Positions 1-8,325 of a stretch of DNA of 33,462 nucleotides are shown here, in pieces. The position numbers and the translations under genes are program-made. Numbering within the stretch: the stretch's first letter is position 1; each line of letters opens with the position of its first letter. The notes below the pieces were generated by a model. That model was not told the origin of the DNA. It was given only the letters and a program-made list of their open reading frames with translations, and made no database searches. The DNA is from Candidatus Krumholzibacteriia bacterium (lineage in GTDB: Bacteria > Krumholzibacteriota > Krumholzibacteriia > LZORAL124-64-63): NCBI GenBank assembly GCA_046484865.1, contig JAWOID010000020.1, forward strand, positions 1 to 33,462. Direction: 5' to 3'.

Positions 1-1
1 T

Positions 2-274
2 GCTGCCGAGGGCGTGAAGGAGACGGCGAAATCGGCGGCCCAGGACCTCGGTGAAAGCGCTCGGCGGGTGGCCAATGACACCGTCGAAGCGGCCAAGCAG
101 GAAGCCGATCGGCAGGGCGTCGCCGGGAACCTGAAGGAGTCGGCGCACAGTGTTGCCCAGGAGGCGAAACAGACCGCTCGCACACGCGCCGAACAGGAAG
201 ACCTCGACCGAGAGGGCCTGAAGTCCCGGGCAGCCGAGGCAGGCGAGGGCGCACAGAAGAAGCCGCGCGAGTGA
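2..274 (+). CDS. C-terminal part of an Ala/Glu/Lys-rich helical repeat protein (LEA-like / general stress protein), probably 5'-truncated by the window edge
   Basis: Frame is open from position 2 to TGA at 272-274. Repeated units 'KETAKSAAQD' and 'KESAHSVAQEAKQTA' look like amphipathic helical repeats. Confidence 0.6.
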   Translation, partial: AAEGVKETAKSAAQDLGESARRVANDTVEAAKQEADRQGVAGNLKESAHSVAQEAKQTARTRAEQEDLDREGLKSRAAEAGEGAQKKPRE

Positions 275-282
275 CGTTCCCG

Positions 283-1104
283 TCAAGCGGGGCGTGAGGC
301 GACCTCGCTGTCCGCCTGGCTCGGGGCCGGCATCTCGCTGGCGGTGCCGATCCAGCACGACGGGGCCGCGCCGCCGTTGGCGGCCGGCGCCGTGCGGGCA
401 CGGAACCAGAGGTAGCCGCCGTCGCGGCTGCGCAGGGGGAAGCTGTCCTCCCACGGCTCGGAGGCGGCGAAGGCTCGCGCCAGCCCGCGCACCACGCGTC
501 CCAGATGATGCGGGTGGTGCAGCTTCTGCCATCCCCACCCCATGATGTCCTCGGGCGCGGTCCCCGTCACCTCGTGCCAGCGCCGGTTCACCCAGGTGGT
601 GCGGCCTTCCCGGTCGGCGACCCAGACCAGGTGCGGCAGCGCCTGCGCGAGGACGCGGAAGCGCTCCTCGCTCACCCGCAGCGTCTCGACGGCGCGCCGG
701 GCGACGAGCGCCACCTGGTAGAGGACCGCCAGGCCGACGACCTTCCCGAGCCGTCCGGTCAGGGGCGTGAACGACACGCGGACTGGACGGACGGCGCCGC
801 TGCAGGTGAGCAGTTCGCCGGGCATTCCGCGCAAGCTCCGTCCGGCGATGCCGTGCTGGCGCTGCTCGAGCGTCTGGCCGTGGCACCGCGGCGAGACCAG
901 GCTATACGCCGGCCGGCCCAGCAGTTGGTCGCGCGACCAGCCGGTCACGCGCAGGGCTGCGTCGTTGACCGCGACGATGTCGCCGCCGAGATCTTCCACC
1001 ACGACCGGATCGGGAACCATCGCGTAGAGGGACGCCAGACGGAGCAGTTCGTTGCGGGCGGCTTCAGCCGGCCCGGCATCCTGCCGGGGGCGGGCAGAAA
1101 GCAT
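283..1104 (-). CDS. Stand-alone tandem PAS-PAS domain protein (273 aa) with no output domain
   Basis: ATG at 1104 with GGAGG 6 nt upstream. PAS1 motifs 'PDPVVVEDLGGDIVAVNDAALRVTGWSRDQLLGRP'; linker 'LRVSEERFRVLA'; PAS2 motifs 'VNRRWHEVTG...WQKLHHP...LRSRDGGYLWF...WIGT'. Confidence 0.85.
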   Translation of the reverse strand: MLSARPRQDAGPAEAARNELLRLASLYAMVPDPVVVEDLGGDIVAVNDAALRVTGWSRDQLLGRPAYSLVSPRCHGQTLEQRQHGIAGRSLRGMPGELLTCSGAVRPVRVSFTPLTGRLGKVVGLAVLYQVALVARRAVETLRVSEERFRVLAQALPHLVWVADREGRTTWVNRRWHEVTGTAPEDIMGWGWQKLHHPHHLGRVVRGLARAFAASEPWEDSFPLRSRDGGYLWFRARTAPAANGGAAPSCWIGTASEMPAPSQADSEVASRPA

Positions 1105-1359
1105 GTGTGTCCTCCAGGGGCTCTGTCCGCAGGAGATGTGCGAGAAATATCGCGGCCTGCACCGGCCCGGGCAAGCTGCCCCGACGAACCGGCCGTCGCA
1201 ACGATGGTTAGACCGGCGGCCGCGAACGGGAGGGCCGTGCGGGCGGTCGCTCGGCGAAAGACGGTACAGCGGAGACCCGGACCGTCGGCCCGATCGACGG
1301 ACCGGACGGGGCCCCGGCCGCGGCCGCGCAAACTGGTCGCGACAGCGCCCGCCGGGGGG

Positions 1360-1386
1360 TAGAATCGACCCCCCGATGCGAGGAGG
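1360..1386 (+). promoter_or_regulatory. Candidate -10 box (TAGAAT) and Shine-Dalgarno (AGGAGG) upstream of sppA
   Basis: TAGAAT at 1360-1365 and AGGAGG at 1381-1386, followed by an in-frame GTG at 1391. Confidence 0.35.
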
Positions 1387-1390
1387 CATC

Positions 1391-4135
1391 GTGGCATCGC
1401 GAGGAGACGTCAGGTATCGATGGCGTCGCCCGGCGAGCCCGGCCTTCTGCGGTGCGGCGAGCCGGTCGTCGCGCCGGTTCGCAACCATGTCGCTGCCGAG
1501 GAGGCCCGCCTTGTCCCTTCGTCGCTACCTGCGCCGCGGTACAGCGATCGAACGTCTTGCGCCGCTGCCCACCGTCGTCCTGATGGCGACCCTGGTCCTG
1601 GCCGTCGCGTCAGGGTCGCTCCCGTCATCCAGTCGCGCGCAGTCGCACGAGCGGCCGGGTCGGTTGCTCGATGCCCATGCGGGCGCCTGGTGGGTGCCCC
1701 AGACGCCCGGCATCGCGCCGGGCGCTCCGGCCGGGCTCCTGAATCCCGCCGCCTGGGCGGTGCCGGTGGGCGGCGAGGCCGCGTTCTGGTGGAACGATCG
1801 CAGCCTGCGCGACAACGCACTGGACAACTGGGGCTTCGCCGTGGCCCGTCGGCTGGGCTTCGCGGTAAACTCGCAAGTCTTCCCCACTCCCGACGGCGAC
1901 GAGCGGATGACCGACTATCAGCTCGGAATCTCCGGCGGCGATCGTGCCGGCTACTGGGGTCTGGCCTACCGGTGGGCCGGGGGCGGCGGTGCGCGCGAAC
2001 CATCGCTCGCGCTCGGCTTCCTGGACCGGCCCGTGCGCCAGATCTCCGTGGGTGTGGCCGGACAGACCGCCCTGCGATCCTCGGCGCGGCAACTCGCGAT
2101 GGATCTGGGCCTGCGGCCCCTGGGCTCGGACGCGATCACGGTCTACGGCGGTTACGTCCTCGACGAGAAGGACCGGCTCTCGGATGGGCGCTGGAGCGCG
2201 GGGTTGCTGGTGCGTCCGGTGCGCGGCCTGCATCTGGGCGCCAAGGTCCTCGATGCGGGCGGCTTCGCCGACCGTGACCCGGGCGACGACGTGGGCTTCG
2301 TCCTCGATGTCGGCGTCACGCTGAACGATCTCGGCCTGCATGCGATGCCCGCACTGGCCGAGGGCGGAGACCACGCCAGCACCGGGTACCTGGCGCGTTT
2401 CGACCCGCCCTGGCGCGGACTGGCCGCGGCTGAGGATCTGCTGCCGTTGGGAACATCGCGGCCGCGGTTCGTGGCGGTGAATCTCGAGCACAAGAGGCTC
2501 GGCTATCGCAAGTACCGCTGGTTCGACGAGCAGCGGGTGGCCTGGATCGATCTGGCGCGGTATCTCGATGCCGCCGCCGCCGACCCCGCCGTGGAGGGAG
2601 TGGCGGTCAACCTGGTCGACCTGGAGACGTCGCGGGTGCTGGCCTGGGAACTGCGTCGCAAGCTGGCGGAGCTGCGCGCAGCGGGCAAGGAGGTGGTGGT
2701 CGCGGTCGGCAACCTGGACATGACGACCTACGCTCTGGCGTCCGTGGCCGATCGCATCGTCCTCGATCCCGAGGCGGTCATCATGCTGCCCGGCGTGGCC
2801 CTCACCCGCACCTACATGGCCGACATGATGGCGGGACTGGGGCTCGGCGTGCAGGAACTGCGTTACTTCGCCTACAAGTCGGCGGTGGAGGTCTATGCGC
2901 GCACCGGACCCACCCAGGCCGATCGCGAGCAACGTCTGCGGGTGGCCGAGGTCCTGTACGACGTCATGCGCGACCTGGCCGCCGAGCGCCCGGCGGTCAC
3001 CACCGCCGACTACGATGCCGCGGTGGACGACGTCGTCATGGTGCTGGCGCAGGACGCGGTCGAGCGCGGGCTGGTGGACGAGATCGGTCGCTGGTCCGAC
3101 CTCCAGCAATGGGTGAGCCGGCAGCGTGGCGGAACCTTCGTCGCCGTCGGCCGGAACCAGCGACCGAACCGGTTTCCCGAGGAGCAGTGGGGCCCGACGC
3201 CGCGGGTGGCGGTCGTCTATGCACTCGGACCGACGCTCACCGATCAGGGGATCCGGGGCCGGGCGACCAGCGCCTACCTGCGCGGGTTGAAGCGTGACCC
3301 GCAGGTGAAAGCGGTGGTGCTGAGGGTCGATTCGCCCGGGGGCGACGGGCTGGCCAGCGAACTGGTGGCCGGCGCGGTGCGCGAGCTGAAGGAGGCCGGC
3401 AAGCCCGTCGTGGTGAGCCAGGGCAACGTGGCCGCTTCCGGGGGCTACTGGCTGAGCATGGACGCTTCGCGCATCCTCACCACGCCGGTGACCCTCACCG
3501 GCAGCATCGGCGTCATCGCCCTGTGGGTGTACGACGACGGCTTCGGCGACAAGCTGGGCCTGAACGCCGAGAGCGTGCAGGTCGGCGAACACGCCGATCT
3601 CTTCGCCACCCTCCGGCTGCCGGTGCTCGGTACCGGACCGCCGGTTCGCGCCCTGGACCAGGACGAACTGCAACTCGTGCGCGACCGGATCGTCTCCATG
3701 TACGACCGGTTCGTCGGCCGGGTGGCGACCGGCCGCTCGCTGAGCGAGGACCAGGTGCGCGAGATCGCGCAGGGACGGGTGTGGATGGGAGGCGATGCGA
3801 TCGAGCTGGGACTGTGCGACGCCTTCGGCACGCTCACCGATGCCATCGCCGTCGCGCGCGAACTGGCGGACATTCCCGCCGGGCGTCAGGTGGAACTCGT
3901 GGAATTCCCGCCCCGGCCGCTGTTCGAGCTGCCGCGTCTGGGCCCGGAGCTGCCGTCGCTGTACGGTCTGGCCGCGCCGGCGCTGGCGCTGCTCGGGCTG
4001 GCGGACGGCTCCGCGCATGCCCTGCCGGGCGAGGGTGACGACGCCGACCTGCGGTCCGCGTACCTGAAGCTGGCCGCCTCGTCGCGCGGCCGGCCGCTGG
4101 TGCTGCTGCCCGCGGAATACCTGGAGTTGCCGTGA
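1391..4135 (+). CDS. sppA: Signal peptide peptidase SppA (peptidase S49, tandem-domain type) with an N-terminal beta-strand-rich extension; start uncertain (GTG 1391, ATG 1487 or ATG 1583)
   Basis: S49 motifs 'YKSAVE' (catalytic Lys), 'VKAVVLRVDSPGG', 'VAASGGYW' (catalytic Ser), 'TLTGSIGV' and 'IAQGRVWMG'. Hydrophobic segment 'VVLMATLVLAVAS' near the N-terminus. Confidence 0.9.
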   Translation: MASRGDVRYRWRRPASPAFCGAASRSSRRFATMSLPRRPALSLRRYLRRGTAIERLAPLPTVVLMATLVLAVASGSLPSSSRAQSHERPGRLLDAHAGAWWVPQTPGIAPGAPAGLLNPAAWAVPVGGEAAFWWNDRSLRDNALDNWGFAVARRLGFAVNSQVFPTPDGDERMTDYQLGISGGDRAGYWGLAYRWAGGGGAREPSLALGFLDRPVRQISVGVAGQTALRSSARQLAMDLGLRPLGSDAITVYGGYVLDEKDRLSDGRWSAGLLVRPVRGLHLGAKVLDAGGFADRDPGDDVGFVLDVGVTLNDLGLHAMPALAEGGDHASTGYLARFDPPWRGLAAAEDLLPLGTSRPRFVAVNLEHKRLGYRKYRWFDEQRVAWIDLARYLDAAAADPAVEGVAVNLVDLETSRVLAWELRRKLAELRAAGKEVVVAVGNLDMTTYALASVADRIVLDPEAVIMLPGVALTRTYMADMMAGLGLGVQELRYFAYKSAVEVYARTGPTQADREQRLRVAEVLYDVMRDLAAERPAVTTADYDAAVDDVVMVLAQDAVERGLVDEIGRWSDLQQWVSRQRGGTFVAVGRNQRPNRFPEEQWGPTPRVAVVYALGPTLTDQGIRGRATSAYLRGLKRDPQVKAVVLRVDSPGGDGLASELVAGAVRELKEAGKPVVVSQGNVAASGGYWLSMDASRILTTPVTLTGSIGVIALWVYDDGFGDKLGLNAESVQVGEHADLFATLRLPVLGTGPPVRALDQDELQLVRDRIVSMYDRFVGRVATGRSLSEDQVREIAQGRVWMGGDAIELGLCDAFGTLTDAIAVARELADIPAGRQVELVEFPPRPLFELPRLGPELPSLYGLAAPALALLGLADGSAHALPGEGDDADLRSAYLKLAASSRGRPLVLLPAEYLELP

Positions 4136-4144
4136 TCGACCCCG

Positions 4145-4309
4145 TCAGGAGTCCAGGTAGTCGTGCAGGATGCGACGGGTCGCCCACAGGGCGGCTCCGG
4201 CGAGCAGGCTGGCCCCGAACAGCGCCGTGAACGGCCCGAAGTGCTGTCCCAGCCGCCAGCCGAAGGCGCTGGCGATCATGGCGGCCAGGTAGGAGATCAT
4301 GCGGTTCAT
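4145..4309 (-). CDS. Small hydrophobic membrane protein, 54 aa (absent from the ORF track)
   Basis: My translation: MNRMISYLAAMIASAFGWRLGQHFGPFTALFGASLLAGAALWATRRILHDYLDS*. GGAGG lies just upstream, codon third positions are mostly G/C, there are two hydrophobic helices, and it fills the gap between sppA and fur. Confidence 0.75.
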   Translation of the reverse strand: MNRMISYLAAMIASAFGWRLGQHFGPFTALFGASLLAGAALWATRRILHDYLDS

Positions 4310-4382
4310 GCCGGCCTCCGGGAGCGGAGCCCCGGCCGCCGCACCCGCGCGACATGCCCGGGGGGCGACTCTGGCGCCGGCT

Positions 4383-4398
4383 TGCAGGATCGGTGCCC
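4383..4398 (-). promoter_or_regulatory. Candidate sigma54 (-24/-12) promoter for the 54-aa gene
   Basis: Minus strand reads GGGCACCGATCCTGCA, which has GG-N10-GC spacing and resembles TGGCACG-N4-TTGCW. Confidence 0.35.
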
Positions 4399-4446
4399 GC
4401 CGGGCATCGGTGCCGCGGTTTTCCCCCTCCGGAACCTGCCGTCAGG

Positions 4447-4890
4447 TCACGGCGTCGGTTTCGAGCGCGATCGGGGCAGCGGATGTTCCGGCGCGTTCGA
4501 GCTGGAATGGCAGTCGGGACAGAGACCGCGGAACTCCAGATCGTAGCTGTCGACGCGGTAGCCGGGCAGCTCCGCCCGGGCCCTGTCCAGCAGGTCGCCG
4601 ACGACCGCGGCCATGTCGTCGACGCGTCCACAGCCGGAGCAGCGCAGGTGGTCGTGGGCGCTCAGGTCCGCGTCGAAGCGGGTCTCCTGGCCGGCCAGTT
4701 CCAGGCGGCGGACGAGCCCCTCGCCGGACAGGCGATCGAGATTGCGATACACGGTGCCCAGGCTGATCCGCGGCAGCCGCAGCCGCACGCGGTCGTACAG
4801 CTGCGACGCCGTGGGATGGTCCTTGGCGTGCTGCAACTCGTCGAGGATGACCCGGCGCTGCCGGGTGATGCGAAAGCTCCTGGGTTTCAT
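4447..4890 (-). CDS. Fur-family metal-dependent transcriptional repressor (Fur/PerR-like)
   Basis: Motifs 'RITRQRRVIL', 'DHPTASQLY', 'ISLGTVYRNL', 'HDHLRCSGCG' and C-terminal 'CPDC'. ATG at 4890; alternative GTG at 4899. Confidence 0.93.
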   Translation of the reverse strand: MKPRSFRITRQRRVILDELQHAKDHPTASQLYDRVRLRLPRISLGTVYRNLDRLSGEGLVRRLELAGQETRFDADLSAHDHLRCSGCGRVDDMAAVVGDLLDRARAELPGYRVDSYDLEFRGLCPDCHSSSNAPEHPLPRSRSKPTP

Positions 4891-4987
4891 GTCCACCACC
4901 TTATCAGCAACGATAACCGATGTCGCGGCCAGGATCGATGTCCAGGCTCCGGCGATCGCGATTTTTTGCTGCAGGTGTATTTCCCTT

Positions 4988-5016
4988 CCAACCCTCCGCG
5001 GGATGGCGCGCGTCTA
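4988..5016 (+). promoter_or_regulatory. Candidate autoregulatory ECF-sigma promoter (CCAACC-N17-CGTCTA)
   Basis: AAC-containing -35 at 4988-4993 and CGTC-containing -10 at 5011-5016, directly upstream of the ECF gene. This is the usual ECF promoter signature. Confidence 0.55.
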
Positions 5017-5028
5017 GGAGGCGTCGTG

Positions 5029-5682
5029 ATGAGCCGAGAACCACCCCGGCCGGGGACGAGACCGATGCTGGCGCCCTCACGGGAGACCGGAGCGAGCGAT
5101 CAGGCCGCCCGGGCGGAGCCCGACCTGCTGCCCCTGGTGCGCCGGAGTCAGCAGGGCGACGACAGCGCCTTCGAGGAACTGTATCGCGCCTGCGTCGGGA
5201 TGGTGCACGGACTGAGCCTGCGGCTGTGCGGCGATCCGGTCGAGGCCGAGATCAGGACCCAGGACGTGTTCGTGCGGGCATGGGAGCGACTCGGCACTTA
5301 CGACGCACGTGGCTCCTTCCGGGGGTGGTTGCGTCGGCTGGCGATCCACGTGGTCTACGACCAGCGGCGAGCCGTGAGACGGCGCCGAGGGCTCGTGGAA
5401 CCCTTCCCCGCCCACGTGGCCGAGGACGCGGACCCCGCGGCCGCACTCGGGGCGAGGGTCGCCACGGAGACGCCGCTCGAGGCCATCGATCTCGAGCGCG
5501 CCGTCGCCCGCCTTCCGGAGGGAGCCCGGATGGTGTTCGTCCTCCACGACGTGGAGGGCTACAAGCACCGCGAGATCGGTACGTTGCTCGGGGTGGACCC
5601 GGGCACGAGCAAGGCCCAGCTCCACCGCGCGCGACGGTTGCTGCGCGTGATGCTGGCTCGAGAACGGGGACGAGAGTCATGA
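5029..5682 (+). CDS. ECF-subfamily RNA polymerase sigma-70 factor
   Basis: Region 2 'GDDSAFEELY...QDVFVRAW...SFRGWLRRLA' and region 4 'LPEGARMVFVLHDVEGYKHREIG...TSKAQLHRARRLL'. AGGAGG at 5016-5021; alternative ATG at 5065. Confidence 0.93.
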   Translation: MSREPPRPGTRPMLAPSRETGASDQAARAEPDLLPLVRRSQQGDDSAFEELYRACVGMVHGLSLRLCGDPVEAEIRTQDVFVRAWERLGTYDARGSFRGWLRRLAIHVVYDQRRAVRRRRGLVEPFPAHVAEDADPAAALGARVATETPLEAIDLERAVARLPEGARMVFVLHDVEGYKHREIGTLLGVDPGTSKAQLHRARRLLRVMLARERGRES

Positions 5683-6485
5683 ATCACCACCCGGTGCGCG
5701 AGCTGCTGGACGAGTACCTGGACGGAGAACTGTCCCGGGCCGAGCAGATGGCGGTCGAGGAGCACCTGGCGGTCTGCGCCCACTGCCGGGCGGTGTGCGA
5801 GGAGACCGAGCAGCTGCTGGCGAGGGCGCGAGACCTGCGGGTCGAGGTGGCCCCGGGGCGCGATCTCTGGCCCGGCATCGCCGCACGCATCGCAGGCGCC
5901 GCCGCCGGCAGTGCGGCCGCCCCGGAGGGCGACGATCGCGAGGTCGCGGAGCCGGCTCCGGACCTTGTCCCGGCACCCGCTCTCGCCCCGGATCGGGTTG
6001 TGAATGCCCCGGACCGGGCCGTGATTCCCGCTCGCGAGATCGGCGGTCGCGGTGTTCGCCCCGCATGGACGGGACTGCTGGCGGCGACGATGGCGCTGCT
6101 GGTGGTGATGGCGGGCGTCCTCTCGCCCGCGGGCGATCCGGCCGACGTGGCCAGGACCCCGGGCGAGTGGCGACCGGTGCCCGCGCGCGGGCCGGGAGCC
6201 TCGCCGGTCTGGACGGCCACCGCCGTGGTGACCGCGCTGGAGGCGGAAACCCGCCGTCCGCCCCGCGCCGCCACGCTGCTGACCCTCGCGGCGGAGCCCG
6301 CGGACGAGGTCTGGATGGGGGAGATGGAGCGCGGGCGCGCAGAGGTCGACGAGGCGGTGGCCGAGCTGCGCGCCGCTTATCTGGAACATTCGGAAGACGC
6401 ACAGCTGGCGGGGCGACTGGCCCGCGCCAGCGCGCTGCGGGCCCGGCTGGAGGCCCGGGCCGCCGAGCTGGTCATGACCATGTAG
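5679..6485 (+). CDS. Membrane-anchored zinc-finger (ZAS/zf-HC2) anti-sigma factor
   Basis: ATGA overlap with the sigma stop codon. 'LLDEYLDGELS...HLAVCAHC' carries HxxxCxxC; one TM helix 'WTGLLAATMALLVVMAGVL'. Confidence 0.88.
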   Translation: MNHHPVRELLDEYLDGELSRAEQMAVEEHLAVCAHCRAVCEETEQLLARARDLRVEVAPGRDLWPGIAARIAGAAAGSAAAPEGDDREVAEPAPDLVPAPALAPDRVVNAPDRAVIPAREIGGRGVRPAWTGLLAATMALLVVMAGVLSPAGDPADVARTPGEWRPVPARGPGASPVWTATAVVTALEAETRRPPRAATLLTLAAEPADEVWMGEMERGRAEVDEAVAELRAAYLEHSEDAQLAGRLARASALRARLEARAAELVMTM

Positions 6486-6541
6486 ATGCGATGGTCCGCA
6501 GGGAGGCGCCGGTTCCGGCGCACGAACGAAAGGACGATACG

Positions 6542-7444
6542 ATGACGATCCTGCACGATCACAGACGATGCCCGCTTCCGGTCGTTCTCGCGGGCGTTCT
6601 CCTGATTGCGGCGACCGCCGCCGCCCAGGAGAAGGTGGACCGTACCCTGGCGGCCGCAGCCGACGGTACGGTCATCATCGAGAATCTCGGCGGCGAGGTC
6701 ATGGTCACCGGCTGGGATAGGGACGAGGTCCACCTCACCGGTACCCTGGACGATCAGGTCGAGGAGCTGGTCTTCGAGCGCGATGGCGACCGCGTGCGCA
6801 TCAAGGTGGAGTATCCGCGGCGCAGCACCCGCATCGAGGGCTCATACCTGCAGGTGCAGGTGCCCCGGGGCAGCCGGCTGGACGTCCGCACCGTCAGCGC
6901 CGAGGTCGGCGTCCGCGACGTGCGCGGGCGGATCGAGGCCCAGACGGTCAGCGGCGACGTCGAGGTGGCCGGAGAGCCGGCGGAGGTCGAGGTGCAGACC
7001 GTCAGCGGCGACGTCGACGTCACCGCCAGGAGTCCGCGTGTCCGCGTGCAGAGCGTCAGTGGCGACCTGCACCTGGACGGCGCCCGCGGCGACGTGTCCG
7101 CGGAGACGGTGAGCGGCGAGATCACGCTCGTCGGCGGCGGCTTCGATCGCCTCGAGACCAGCAGCGTCTCGGGCGACCTGGAGTTCCGCGGGGAGTTGAA
7201 TCGCGGCGGGACCTTCATCTTCGACAGTCACAGCGGCGACGTGGTCCTGGTTCTGGGCGGCGACCTGAACGCGGAGTTCCAGGTGGAGACGTTCAGCGGC
7301 GATATCGAGAACGTCTTCGGAGCGAAGACCCAGCGCCGGAGCAAGTTCGCGCCCGGGCGGGAGCTGGAGTTCACGGTGGGCGACGGCGACGCCCGGGTGC
7401 GGGTGAAGAGCTTCAGCGGGGACGTTCACCTGAAGCGACGCTGA
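6542..7444 (+). CDS. Secreted DUF4097-type beta-strand repeat (putative adhesin) protein
   Basis: Signal peptide ending 'AATAAA|QE'. Many '(T/S)VSGD(V/L)' repeats. Third gene of the ECF operon. Confidence 0.88.
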   Translation: MTILHDHRRCPLPVVLAGVLLIAATAAAQEKVDRTLAAAADGTVIIENLGGEVMVTGWDRDEVHLTGTLDDQVEELVFERDGDRVRIKVEYPRRSTRIEGSYLQVQVPRGSRLDVRTVSAEVGVRDVRGRIEAQTVSGDVEVAGEPAEVEVQTVSGDVDVTARSPRVRVQSVSGDLHLDGARGDVSAETVSGEITLVGGGFDRLETSSVSGDLEFRGELNRGGTFIFDSHSGDVVLVLGGDLNAEFQVETFSGDIENVFGAKTQRRSKFAPGRELEFTVGDGDARVRVKSFSGDVHLKRR

Positions 7445-7476
7445 CCCCCCGCCAGCCGCGGCCTCGATGACGTGTA

Positions 7477-7510
7477 TCCGGCCCCCAGTCGACGCAAGCC
7501 GGGGGCCGGA
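7477..7510. terminator. GC-rich hairpin between the convergent DUF4097 and phoU genes
   Basis: TCCGGCCCCC (7477-7486) pairs perfectly with GGGGGCCGGA (7501-7510). No U-tract. Confidence 0.45.
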
Positions 7511-7566
7511 CGCGTCCGTGCCGGCGTGGCCGCGGAAGGCGGCGATCATCCCGGGCGTGGGGGCGA

Positions 7567-8229
7567 TCAGCACGCGTCTCGGCCATGGCGGACGATGCGC
7601 CCCTCCACCATGTAGATGGCGTCCTCGGCGATGTTCGTCGCCAGGTCGGCCACCCGTTCCACCTGCTTGGCCACCACCATCGCCTGCAGCAATTCGTCCA
7701 CGTTCACCGCATGGTTCGAGAGCCGCTCCCTCACCTGCCGGGTGATGCCATGATAGATGGCGTCCACCTCGTCGTCGTCGGCCAGGACCTCCCGCGCCAG
7801 GCTCAGATCCAGATTCACGACCGAGTCGAGGCTGCGCCTGAGCATGGATCTCGCGCAGGCAGCCATCCTGGTCAATTCCGACATCAGATCCATCGGCTTC
7901 TCCGCCGAGAACCGTCCGGCGCGCTCGGCCACGTTCACCGCGAGGTCGCCGATGCGCTCGAGATCGTTGTTCATCTTGAGGACCGCGATGATGAAACGCA
8001 GGTCGGTGGCCACCGGCTGGTGAAGGGCGAGGATCTTGAGACAGTCCTCCTCGATCTCCACCTCCATCGCGTCGACTTCCCGGTCGCGTGCGCAGATCAT
8101 CTCGGCCAGGTAGATATCGGCCTTCTCCACGCTCTTGACGGCGAGCCTCAGGTTCTCCTCCACCAGGGCGCTGAGAGCGACGATGCGCTGCTTGAGCTGG
8201 GTCATCTCCTTCTGCAGATGGACCTGCAC
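7567..8229 (-). CDS. phoU: Phosphate signalling complex protein PhoU
   Basis: 'LALHQPVATDLRFIIAVLKMNNDLERIGDLAVNVA' and 'ERVADLATNIAEDAIYMVEG'. GTG start with GAGGTG upstream. Confidence 0.96.
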   Translation of the reverse strand: MQVHLQKEMTQLKQRIVALSALVEENLRLAVKSVEKADIYLAEMICARDREVDAMEVEIEEDCLKILALHQPVATDLRFIIAVLKMNNDLERIGDLAVNVAERAGRFSAEKPMDLMSELTRMAACARSMLRRSLDSVVNLDLSLAREVLADDDEVDAIYHGITRQVRERLSNHAVNVDELLQAMVVAKQVERVADLATNIAEDAIYMVEGRIVRHGRDAC

Positions 8230-8325
8230 GGCTTCACCTCATGCGGCCGCAGGGGGCGAGTTTCCGCCCCAGCGCCCGCCGCTGGAGAACACGGCCGCCC
8301 TTTGCGGCCGCGAATCGACTCGACG

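Noticed and set aside
1105..1486. Possible riboswitch or ncRNA, or an ECF promoter, upstream of sppA
   Set aside because: Only short GC hairpins are present. I recognise no riboswitch consensus and no AAC-N16/17-CGTC match. An Rfam scan would be needed to exclude it.
5029..7444. ECF-ZAS-DUF4097 operon as a novel system
   Set aside because: This is a common, already recognised gene arrangement. It is listed under features only.
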